Shown in pieces: positions 36,604 to 45,518 of a DNA stretch of 64,000 nt (positions within the stretch are counted from its first letter, which is position 1; each line of letters opens with the position of its first letter). The notes beneath the pieces were generated by a model, which saw nothing but the letters and a program-made list of their open reading frames with translations, had not been told where the DNA came from and ran no database searches. A program made the position numbers and the translations under genes. Where the stretch lies: the sequence record NC_041911.1; one strand, 5' to 3'.

Positions 36604-38028
36604 TTATTCCTTGTGGCCGCCGCGATTGGCAGCCTTGGCTTCAGCGATCGAGAAGCGAATCCAGCGGGTCGCGCCGAAGTGGTTGAAGTACAGGCCGTGA
36701 GCGGCACCGAACACGCAACCGGCGGACAGGTCAGCCAGAACGCGCATCAGGTTGCTGTACTTCGACAGCAGCTTGCGAGCAACTTCGCGGTCATCCTTGT
36801 CGTAGCTGTGACGGGCCTTGTACTTCGGCTCGAAGTCAGCGTCGAACAGGGCGTCCAGAGCGGACATCACTGCGCGCTCGGCGCGAACAGCGGTTTCCTT
36901 CAGGTGCTTGATGTCGGCCGGCGAAGCGATCTTCACGCCAGCCGAGAAATCACGCTTGCCTTCTTCGAACACGACCTTGGTGCCTTCCAGGCCACCGGTG
37001 TTGTCCACGGTCACGCGTTCCGGCAGGTTCACTTCAACCTTGACGGAGCTGTGCTGGAAACGGGACTCGCCCATGTCCTGCAGGCCCTTGGCGGTGCTGA
37101 TGCAGCGGTTCATCGCAGCAACAACGGTCTCGGGCTTGTCGGTGGCCCAGGAGTTCGACAGGGCGCGCATTTCGCCGACCAGCTTGTTCTCGACGAGGCG
37201 GATCACTTCGTCGAATTCCGAGCCGGCGTTATCGACGGCGGCGATCGGGTTCTTGGTCGAGGACGGTGCATAGAAGCGCTCTTGCACGGTCTTTTCCCAC
37301 TTGGCGCTCTGGAACGGCTTGCCAGCGTGACCATTGAGGATCTGGCCTTCTTTCTCCAGCTTCTCGTAGATCTTCGGCAGGCCGCGGAAGTAATCCGCGA
37401 AGCGCTTCAGCTTCTCGCCGGTCAGCTCGAAAGCTTTCTTGGCGAACTTGGCCACAGCAGCCCACACCTTTTCGGCGCGTTCTTTGACCACGTCGACGAA
37501 GCCTTCGGTAGCGACGCGTTGGTCGAAGCCGAAGGATTCCAGAGCCACGCTTTCTTGCAGCGGCTCGCCGATGCCGGCCGCGTCGATAGCGGTGGTCAGC
37601 ATCTGCACGGTTTCCGGGGTCAGACCTGCGCCCGGCTCGCCGACGGCAGCGGGAGCGCCTTCACCTGCTTCACCAGCTTCGCCGGCTTCAGCTTGAACCG
37701 GCTCCAGGCTGGCTTCAGCTTGTTCGGCGATGTCTTCCAGGGCAGCACCCATGCGGCAGAAGCGCATGGCGACGGATTGGAGGTGTTCCAGCGCCAGGGT
37801 ATGTTCCTGGCTTTCCGCGACGGCGTCGATCTCGTCGTGGTCGGCAATGGCGGCGTCTTCGCCGAATTCCTTGGCGGCCTTCACGTCGTCGGTCGACGGT
37901 TCAGCCAGGCTGCCGTCTTCCTTGAAGCCGGGTTTCGGCTGCAGGGTCGACACTTCGGTCACTTCGGAGATATCCACCGCACCGGATGCTTCGCTTTCCA
38001 GTGCCGCGGTGAAAAAGTTTCGTTTCAT
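36604..38028 (-). CDS. Internal head protein (paralog family)
   Basis: MKRNFFTAALESE; VALESFG and ATEGF cleavage-type motifs. Confidence 0.8.
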   Translation of the reverse strand: MKRNFFTAALESEASGAVDISEVTEVSTLQPKPGFKEDGSLAEPSTDDVKAAKEFGEDAAIADHDEIDAVAESQEHTLALEHLQSVAMRFCRMGAALEDIAEQAEASLEPVQAEAGEAGEAGEGAPAAVGEPGAGLTPETVQMLTTAIDAAGIGEPLQESVALESFGFDQRVATEGFVDVVKERAEKVWAAVAKFAKKAFELTGEKLKRFADYFRGLPKIYEKLEKEGQILNGHAGKPFQSAKWEKTVQERFYAPSSTKNPIAAVDNAGSEFDEVIRLVENKLVGEMRALSNSWATDKPETVVAAMNRCISTAKGLQDMGESRFQHSSVKVEVNLPERVTVDNTGGLEGTKVVFEEGKRDFSAGVKIASPADIKHLKETAVRAERAVMSALDALFDADFEPKYKARHSYDKDDREVARKLLSKYSNLMRVLADLSAGCVFGAAHGLYFNHFGATRWIRFSIAEAKAANRGGHKE

Positions 38029-38119
38029 GTTGGTGTACTCGATTCTGTCAAGTCGATGGAGGCTAGTGGAATGAAGCCCGTCGTAAGATAGGCTCCATTC
38101 CTTCTAAGCAGGCTGTGGA

Positions 38120-39448
38120 TTACTCACCTTTCTTGGTGAAGGCACCCTTAACCTTGTTGCCAGCAGCGGCGGCAGCTTCGCCAGCCTTCTCGCCCAGGCT
38201 CTTGTCGCCGCGGTGAGCGGAGATAGCAGCCTGGCAGTATTGCAGCGCGATGGTCGAGGCGCTGGTTGCGTAAGCGTAAGCAGCAACCTGCGGACCCTTG
38301 ATGATGCGCGGTACGACGGCCTGCATCGCCTTGAGTTGCTTGGAGTCTTCACCAGCAGCACGGTTCTTGCTGGCAGCCTTGTCGAGTTCCTTGTTCAGGG
38401 CGTCCAGTTGGCCGATGTTCGACTGGTAGATCTTGACCAGTTGGCCCAGGCCGACGATGTATTCGGCGATGGCCTTGATCTCTTCACCGTTCGGTGCGGC
38501 AACTTCGTTCAGCGGCTTGACTTCGTCGACCTTGCTGATGCCGTGGTTCCAGTATTGCAGAGCTTCCCAGTTGTCCGGGTAGCTCACCCACGCACGGTAA
38601 CCGCCGAAGAACGGCTTGGTCAGCAGGGTTTCGGTGCCAGCACCGGCCTTGACGGCTTGCGCTTGAGCCGGAGTGGCCTTCTCGTGGTAGGAACCAGCTG
38701 CCTTCGCCAGAGCGTCGGTGAAGCGTTCCATCACACCTTCGGCCGAGGAGCTGCCCGAAGCAACCACGTCGATGCAGGTGCGGCATTCCTTGGTCAGGAT
38801 TTCGGCGGACTTGCCGCCTTGGTCGGTAGCGTGTTCGCTCACCGCCATCAGCACTTCACCCACCTCGACGTTCTTGTAAGTGGCGATCTTGGCCAGCAGG
38901 CCCTTGTCGTCGATCTTGGCACCGGTACTGGTGTTCAGGTCTTTCAGCTGATCGATGATCTTCTGCGCTTCGGCAGCGTTCTTGACGATGCGGTCGGTGT
39001 AGCGAGCCCAGGTTTCACGAACCCACTGAGCGATGCGCTTACCGAAGTTGCGCAGCATTTCCCAGACCTTGGCAGCGAAGGCCTTGACCTTTTCCAGCAC
39101 GCCCTTCTTGGACTTGTCTTCCAGCAGCTTCTGCGCACCGCCGGCGGCTTCAGCCATGTCGTTGGATTCGAGGGCCACGTTCACGGCCTTCTCGACGAAC
39201 GGTTCCAGCGGAGCTTCCGGAGCACCCGGGGCTTCATCGATCAGGGAGATGATGTCTTCCAGACCTTGAGCCGATTCGGTGATCATGGCCAGGTCGTTGT
39301 CGATGTCCTCGGATTCTTGCGGGAAGTCGACGCCGGCGGTTTCAGCTTCGAATTCGCCGTCGGTGGGTTGTTCAGCAACGATTTCGGAGTTCACGTCTTC
39401 CGCGAACTCTTCCAGCGCAGCCATGGTTTTTGCGAAGGATTGTTTCAT
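38120..39448 (-). CDS. Internal head protein (paralog family)
   Basis: Start moved to MKQSFAKTMAALEE (39448); VALES; KVKAFAAKVWEMLRNFGKRIAQW helix. Confidence 0.8.
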   Translation of the reverse strand: MKQSFAKTMAALEEFAEDVNSEIVAEQPTDGEFEAETAGVDFPQESEDIDNDLAMITESAQGLEDIISLIDEAPGAPEAPLEPFVEKAVNVALESNDMAEAAGGAQKLLEDKSKKGVLEKVKAFAAKVWEMLRNFGKRIAQWVRETWARYTDRIVKNAAEAQKIIDQLKDLNTSTGAKIDDKGLLAKIATYKNVEVGEVLMAVSEHATDQGGKSAEILTKECRTCIDVVASGSSSAEGVMERFTDALAKAAGSYHEKATPAQAQAVKAGAGTETLLTKPFFGGYRAWVSYPDNWEALQYWNHGISKVDEVKPLNEVAAPNGEEIKAIAEYIVGLGQLVKIYQSNIGQLDALNKELDKAASKNRAAGEDSKQLKAMQAVVPRIIKGPQVAAYAYATSASTIALQYCQAAISAHRGDKSLGEKAGEAAAAAGNKVKGAFTKKGE

Positions 39449-39523
39449 TTCAGGTATCCGAAAAATGGAGTTGGCGATCAGAGAGTGGGACAAGCCCACT
39501 CTCCTCACTCAGACAGTTGTTGA

Positions 39524-41299
39524 TCAGGCAGCTGCGCCAGCGGGAGCAGCAGCTTCGGCAGGAGCGCCGGCCAGGGAAGCAGCCACGTAGTCCAGAGCGT
39601 AGCTCAGGTTGCGCGGCAGGGCACGGTTGATCGCGTGGATCGGCATCTTCGGGGTAACCATCAGGATGCTGTTGATGAACAGCATGACCTGACGAGCCTT
39701 CGCAGCGATGCCACCTTCAGCGGCAGCGCTACCCAGATGGCTCTGGGACAGAGCAGCGATCGTGTCCTTGTACTTCTTGATCTCGGTGTTGAGTTCCTTC
39801 ACACCACCGCGATTGCCTTCGGACGCTTCACGTACAGCCTTGGCGACGGCCAGCACTTGCGCGCAGACCTTGGTCGCTTCGTTCGAGTTCAGCGCCGGCA
39901 GCGAAGCGCCTTCGGCCTTCTTGGTCGAAGCAACGACGCTGCTCATCTTGCCGATGCCGGCAGTGCTGTTCGGGATGGAGGTAACCAGCACTTGGTTGTC
40001 GAACAGGCTCACGCCGAACGAGGTGCAACCTTCAACACTGGTGCCTTCCGGCAGCGAGCGATCGTCGCCGGACTTTTCCATCTCGCTGGCCCAACGAGCC
40101 AGCACGCCGGAGATCTTGCCACGGATCTCTTCATCCTTCTCCGGATTTTTGACCAGCTCTTCGCACAGCGCCAGTGCTTCCAGGTACTGTTTGTAGGCCT
40201 TCGGATCGTTCAGCTTTTCAGCAGCCTTGCCCAGATTGGCGACGAAACCAGCGATGTCCTTGACCGGAGCGCCGTTCACCGACATCTTGGTGGCCAGCGA
40301 CTTGCTGTCGATGGAACCGTCCTTCATCTTCGAGTTCTTCACGCGCTCGGACAGCTTTTCAGCGCGGCGTTCCACAGCCACGAAGGCATTGGTCAGACGC
40401 TGATAGGTCTCGACGGCCCACTTAGCCAGGTTGTCGAATGCGGTGCCGATAGCGGCCAGGATGCGCTTGATGAACGCAACGACCTGATCCTTGGCGTTGT
40501 TGGCGCCATCGATCTTGGCCGACGGAGTTTCCATGTCTTCCAGGGCCGGCAGCATCAGGTTCTTGACCTTCAGCGACCGGGTGACGGTGTTGACGTTGTT
40601 GCGCAGCAACGAGGCGCCGTAGATGTCCAGGCCGCCGCGTTGAGCAGCAGCGTCCAGAATGGCCACGCAGCCTTCCAGGGATTCGGTAGCGGCTTCGAGC
40701 TTCTCGACGTCTTCCTGCACGTCGCCTTCTTTGTCTTCGATCTGGTCGACGGCTTCCATCTCGCCTTCGACTTCTTCAGCTTCGGCTTCGCCTACGTCTT
40801 CGCCTTCGGCACCGCCGGCAGCAGCTGCCGGTTCACCGGTTGCTTCAGCCGCGCTAGTAGCAGCAGCGGCTGCTTGAGCAGCTTGGGTATCGTCGGCGGA
40901 AGTAGCGGCTGCAGCGGAAGCGGCCGGATCGCCGCCTTCACCTGCTTCACCACCAGCGGCCGCGCCGGTCTCACCGCCTTCGCCGGCGCCAGCGCCAGCT
41001 TCGCCGCCTTCAGCAGCACCACCTTCAGCAGCGCCCGCAGCCGCGCCACCAGCTTCACCACCTTCACCTGCAGCACCAGCGGCTGCGCCGCTTTCGCCAC
41101 CTTCACCACCGGCTTCACCGCCAGCAGCACCAGCTTCACCACCGGCCGCGCCTGCTTCGCCGCTAGCCGGAGCTGCAGCAGCTGCAGCGCCATCAGCGCC
41201 GTCGGTCTTGGCTTCGCCGCTTTCACCCGCGCCGGGTGCTTGGTCTTCTTCGTTGAATTCTTCCAGGGCGGCCATGCCCAGAGCAGACTTGAACTTCAT
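39524..41299 (-). CDS. Internal head protein with a long Gly/Ala/Glu-rich propeptide
   Basis: MKFKSALGMAALEE; about 170 aa of G/A/E repeats; ATESLE and PALED sites. Confidence 0.8.
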   Translation of the reverse strand: MKFKSALGMAALEEFNEEDQAPGAGESGEAKTDGADGAAAAAAPASGEAGAAGGEAGAAGGEAGGEGGESGAAAGAAGEGGEAGGAAAGAAEGGAAEGGEAGAGAGEGGETGAAAGGEAGEGGDPAASAAAATSADDTQAAQAAAAATSAAEATGEPAAAAGGAEGEDVGEAEAEEVEGEMEAVDQIEDKEGDVQEDVEKLEAATESLEGCVAILDAAAQRGGLDIYGASLLRNNVNTVTRSLKVKNLMLPALEDMETPSAKIDGANNAKDQVVAFIKRILAAIGTAFDNLAKWAVETYQRLTNAFVAVERRAEKLSERVKNSKMKDGSIDSKSLATKMSVNGAPVKDIAGFVANLGKAAEKLNDPKAYKQYLEALALCEELVKNPEKDEEIRGKISGVLARWASEMEKSGDDRSLPEGTSVEGCTSFGVSLFDNQVLVTSIPNSTAGIGKMSSVVASTKKAEGASLPALNSNEATKVCAQVLAVAKAVREASEGNRGGVKELNTEIKKYKDTIAALSQSHLGSAAAEGGIAAKARQVMLFINSILMVTPKMPIHAINRALPRNLSYALDYVAASLAGAPAEAAAPAGAAA

Positions 41300-41442
41300 G
41301 GTTTTTTCTCCATTCGAATGGAATTAATCTAAAGAAATCGCGCGATTCTTGAATAGGACAAATTCCCCGCCAGCATAAATGACGGCGAGGCTGTTCTATA
41401 CAATGGTGTTTTGGCTAGGCGGTATTTACACCGCCTAGGCCA

Positions 41443-42042
41443 TTATCGGGTGTTATGTTCGCCGAAGAAGGTGTACAAGCTGGTCACCATGTCGACGAAA
41501 CCGCCGGGATGAGACAGCCACTTCGCGATTACGTTGTGCAGGTTAGCCGTCGTCTCGTGCTGATGACGGAAGCTATAACCAGTCGGCAACATTGCCAGCA
41601 GCACTTCATCGTAATCCGGTTTATCACTCGGATCGTTCGAACCCGGCCCGATCAAACGCTCCCACATCCCTACCGGCATGTGGCGCTTACCGGTTACGAT
41701 GAACCGGATAGTGTCAGTGATGAAGTCGGCATGTGTTTGCGTGATCAGCGGAGAGGCTTGGTTGATGCGCGCCCACTCGGTGAAGTTGTTGACGCCGAAA
41801 GCACGCAGAGCAATCTTGATCGCGCGCTCACGGAACTCGAAGTCGGTATGGATCACCTGACGACGGATCATCTGGTTGTAGATTTCCACCACCGACTCAT
41901 CCGCCACAACGTGCTTGATGGCTTCGGGACTCAGATCGAAGACCGAAAGGATCGGACGAGCCCGCCACGTCTGGTAGGTCTCGCTCGCCATGGCCTTCGA
42001 ACCGAAGAAGCCTCGCACGTACAGTTTGAGGTCATCACGCAT
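41443..42042 (-). CDS. Conserved phiKZ-like protein (gp91 position)
   Basis: 199-aa ORF coupled to the upstream head gene. Confidence 0.6.
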   Translation of the reverse strand: MRDDLKLYVRGFFGSKAMASETYQTWRARPILSVFDLSPEAIKHVVADESVVEIYNQMIRRQVIHTDFEFRERAIKIALRAFGVNNFTEWARINQASPLITQTHADFITDTIRFIVTGKRHMPVGMWERLIGPGSNDPSDKPDYDEVLLAMLPTGYSFRHQHETTANLHNVIAKWLSHPGGFVDMVTSLYTFFGEHNTR

Positions 42043-42045
42043 GGA

Positions 42046-42987
42046 TCAGTCCTCATTCAGCTCTGCGATCTCACGGGTGAGGTCATCCGTGAGGGATTGC
42101 AGATAGGCGATCTCGCGTTCCAGCGCGGGATCTTCTTTGCCTTGACGGGCACGTTCCAGCTGCATCAGGCGCAGCTTGGCCATTTGCAGCTCGGTTTCTG
42201 CTTCCTTGGCCCGGGCGATCTTGGCTTCCACGCGATGCATGCGCAGACGACGGATCGGGTTCCAGGCAAAGTTGCTGGTCGAAAACAGGAACGGGTCGAT
42301 CTTGGTTTCGCCGATCGTGTTCTTCAGGTTGGTGTAGTTGGTATCGTCAGCCAGGATATCCGGGATCTGGTCCAGACGTTCCACCATGTCACCAGCAGAG
42401 CGGGTGATCACTGCGATCGCGTTGCAGTACGGCACCAGGCCTTTCTGGAACGCTTCGATCTCGTACGGAACGAGATCGGTAGTCGGAATCGCTTCGAGCT
42501 TCTTCTCGTCGCGAGCGGCCGCAGTCTCGGTCTTCAGGGCGTAGGTGAGCAGCTTCGAGGTGTAACGGGCCGAGAAGGTGATCGCGTCGACCAGCTGCAC
42601 CAGGTTGGCCTTACGATAGTTCAGGCCTTTTGCAGCGATCTTGTCTTCGAACTCACCAGCCACGATGGCTTCGAGTGCGTCGATGGTGGCTGTGATGTTG
42701 CTGATGTTGCCAGCCAGGTAGCCAAAGATACCTTTCCCGCCTTGGCCTTTGACCACGCCGGAAAAGACTTGTTGCGCACGCTTCATTTCGTCGCCTTTGA
42801 ACTTGGCGCCGAATGCCTTATCTGCGCTCGCCAGCACGCTGGAAGCAGCGGTGTACTGGTTGCGGGCAAAACGCAGATCTTCCAGCAGTCCGGATTTGCC
42901 GAACATGGAAGCGATTTGTTGAATGTAGGTAGTGATTTTCATGTTTTTACTGAATCGCTCTCTGCGAGACAAAGATGGACGGTACAA
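42046..42987 (-). CDS. Virion/inner-body structural protein (phiKZ gp90 position)
   Basis: C-terminal coiled coil (DPALEREIAYLQ); synteny; likely start MKITT. Confidence 0.65.
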   Translation of the reverse strand: MYRPSLSRRERFSKNMKITTYIQQIASMFGKSGLLEDLRFARNQYTAASSVLASADKAFGAKFKGDEMKRAQQVFSGVVKGQGGKGIFGYLAGNISNITATIDALEAIVAGEFEDKIAAKGLNYRKANLVQLVDAITFSARYTSKLLTYALKTETAAARDEKKLEAIPTTDLVPYEIEAFQKGLVPYCNAIAVITRSAGDMVERLDQIPDILADDTNYTNLKNTIGETKIDPFLFSTSNFAWNPIRRLRMHRVEAKIARAKEAETELQMAKLRLMQLERARQGKEDPALEREIAYLQSLTDDLTREIAELNED

Positions 42988-43023
42988 ACAATAGCGGAGG
43001 CCTCAGCCTCCGCCATCACTTGC

Positions 43024-44319
43024 TTACAGGCGCGGAGTCGAACCCGCGCGGAAGGCGTTGAGGACGTCACCGATGTCCACACCACCACCCTTGCTGGAGG
43101 CTTTCAGATCGCGCTCGGACAGCTCGGTGTATTCCGGGATGTCACGGGTGTACATGCGAACACGGCCCCACTGCTTGTCGATGATGAACATCAGCATGCC
43201 GTAGCCTTGCTGAAACAGCTTCTGACGGGTGTTAAAGTCCTTCAGCTTGCCGTAGATCTTCATCTCCAGCGCTTCGGCCGAAGCCTGCGACATGATGATG
43301 ATGTTCGATGCGTTGTTGGCCGAGAGGCTGGCCGACAGAGCCGCGGACAGGCCATTCTGGCGACGCTTCTGCATCATCTGCAGATAGATGCCGGTTTTGT
43401 CGGCACGCAGGTTCTGCTTGTGGGTATCGATCAGATCTTGACAGAACACGAGGTCACGCCAGAAGTCGATACCACCCAGGCGCCACTTCTTGAAACGTGC
43501 ACCGAAGCTGATGTCTTCCGAGCCGGAGGCCAGGATGTGCACCAGCGGGGCAGTTGCCATGTACATGGCGTTCAGGCGAATCAGCACCGGAACCTGCACT
43601 TCACGATCGTTGTCTTTGATCGTAACGTTGATCATGCGACCAACGCCCAGGTTCACCGGGTCGCTGATGTCCACGGTCTTGCCGATCGAGGCCGAGGAGC
43701 TACCGTTCAGCGTGGAAAGTGCAGCCTGCTTGGCAGCATCTTTCATGTTGGTCGGAGCGGTCGGTTGCGGGGTGTTCTTGCCAGCGGCTTGTTGGCCCTT
43801 GACCTTGAACTGGTCATTCGATTCCAGAGCCGGCGTGGCTTCAACATTGGAAGCACGTTCAGCAGAAGCTTCGGCGTCTTTCAAGACGGCTTCTTCGAGT
43901 TCTTTGATCTCGGCCGGCAGTTCGCGGACTTCACCGTCAACTACGAGGCGATCATCGAACTCTTCGAGGGCCGCGGAAGCGATGCTGCCGAGGCTGCTTA
44001 CGGCTGCGCCGGTCGGCGAACGACGCGTCGAAAACTTGTCCAGACGTTGCAGAACACTGGCATTGCCAATGCTAATGTTGTGCATTGAAAATGCCCGCAG
44101 GTAATAACCTGCGAAGACCGATTGTGCGAGCTGGAGCGTATCCGGCAGCAGGTCCGAGCTGCGCAGATCTTCGTCAACCAGAGCAGTGGGCTCGACGGTG
44201 CCTGCCTGGGCATATCCCACCAACGAATCACCGTTGGGCAGGTCGGCCAGCATCTTGAAGCCATGCTCGATGGCGGCGCCAGCCACCTTCATTCCAGCGG
44301 CTGCTGCAAGAGTATTCAT
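43024..44319 (-). CDS. Virion/inner-body structural protein (phiKZ gp89 position)
   Basis: AALEE and PALES sites; synteny. Confidence 0.65.
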   Translation of the reverse strand: MNTLAAAAGMKVAGAAIEHGFKMLADLPNGDSLVGYAQAGTVEPTALVDEDLRSSDLLPDTLQLAQSVFAGYYLRAFSMHNISIGNASVLQRLDKFSTRRSPTGAAVSSLGSIASAALEEFDDRLVVDGEVRELPAEIKELEEAVLKDAEASAERASNVEATPALESNDQFKVKGQQAAGKNTPQPTAPTNMKDAAKQAALSTLNGSSSASIGKTVDISDPVNLGVGRMINVTIKDNDREVQVPVLIRLNAMYMATAPLVHILASGSEDISFGARFKKWRLGGIDFWRDLVFCQDLIDTHKQNLRADKTGIYLQMMQKRRQNGLSAALSASLSANNASNIIIMSQASAEALEMKIYGKLKDFNTRQKLFQQGYGMLMFIIDKQWGRVRMYTRDIPEYTELSERDLKASSKGGGVDIGDVLNAFRAGSTPRL

Positions 44320-44349
44320 TTTTTGATTCCCAGAAAAGAAGGATTTACG

Positions 44350-45507
44350 ATGTCGAATATGTTTACTGATGTCTGGGGCAGAACCTTTACCCAGGGCGGA
44401 ACGGTAAACGGCGTGGAGGACGTTTGGGCGCGCAGCGCTATTGGCAATCCTGGTGTTGCAGTTACTGAAACCCTGTACGGTCTAAACCACCGGAGTCTCG
44501 CTAACAGTATTCCCATTAATAAGGACTACTATGGCTTGGCGTTCTTCACCCGACCGGATTTGCGCTTCACCAACGATAACTTGTTGAAGCTGCGCAAATT
44601 CGTTCCGATGCTCACCACACGAGAAGCCTCGTTGCCGCGCGCCATCCGCGCCATGCTGGATTTTCGCCACAACACTCATAATGAAGAGAGCTACAATTGT
44701 AGCCTGATTGATCCGAAGCAGGCGTTTATTCCTCTTCTGACCAATCAGCTCGTCAGTATGTCTGGTTGGCCGGATCTCGAATTGCCCACCTACACCAGTG
44801 AAGCCGGGGTGTATGGTGAGATGTTTTCTTTTGCCGATGGTATTTCCGAGGTCTATCGGACTTGGGACATGACGGCAAATTTCCGCAATATCCCAGGTGA
44901 CCCGATCACCTCGATGTTCTACTACTGGTTGATGTATGCCCAAGCGGTCTTCGAAGGAACGCTCACACCGTATGCGGACAACGTTGCAGAAAACACTATC
45001 GACTACCAGACTCGGATTTACCGGGTGGTTCTGGATTCGACCAAACGCTTTGTTCAAAAGATTGCGTGTACTGGCGCATCATTCCCTACGTCTGTACCGA
45101 TGGGGATGTCGTTCAACTTCGAGACCGACACACCAATCAACCGCCTTGATCAGATTCCGATCAGCTTCCGCTGCATCGGCGCTGAGTATCTGGATGACAT
45201 GATCATCCATGATTTCAATGCGGCCGTCTGTTTCGCTAACAACGACATGTTCGATGATCAGCGCCAAGGAGCGGGGTTGGTGAAGGTGCCGTACGAGTAC
45301 ATCTTCCTCTTTAACCATCTCGGCTATCCGCGCATTAATGCAAACACATTCGAGCTGGAGTGGTGGGTCTACAACAACACGTTCCAGGAACTGACCGGTG
45401 GTAGCAGCAATACCTCGGATACGGTGAACTTCAACCCGGACGCTGTGGATGCAGGTGACCTGAACACGTACACCGGCAATATTCCAATTAACGGCGTGAA
45501 ACGATAA
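44350..45507 (+). CDS. Tail-tube-fold baseplate protein (T4 gp54/gp48-like)
   Basis: AAGGA RBS at MSNMF; WDMTANF...W...DY.TRIYRVVLD...GASFPTSV...N...IPISF follows the tail-tube pattern. Confidence 0.55.
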   Translation: MSNMFTDVWGRTFTQGGTVNGVEDVWARSAIGNPGVAVTETLYGLNHRSLANSIPINKDYYGLAFFTRPDLRFTNDNLLKLRKFVPMLTTREASLPRAIRAMLDFRHNTHNEESYNCSLIDPKQAFIPLLTNQLVSMSGWPDLELPTYTSEAGVYGEMFSFADGISEVYRTWDMTANFRNIPGDPITSMFYYWLMYAQAVFEGTLTPYADNVAENTIDYQTRIYRVVLDSTKRFVQKIACTGASFPTSVPMGMSFNFETDTPINRLDQIPISFRCIGAEYLDDMIIHDFNAAVCFANNDMFDDQRQGAGLVKVPYEYIFLFNHLGYPRINANTFELEWWVYNNTFQELTGGSSNTSDTVNFNPDAVDAGDLNTYTGNIPINGVKR

Positions 45508-45518
45508 AGCTACTCAAC

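Noticed and set aside
40740-41290. CRISPR-like or tandem DNA repeat array
   Set aside because: The repeats are degenerate, in-frame coding Gly/Ala/Glu codons with no constant repeat-spacer period. No CRISPR array or cas gene was seen anywhere in the window.
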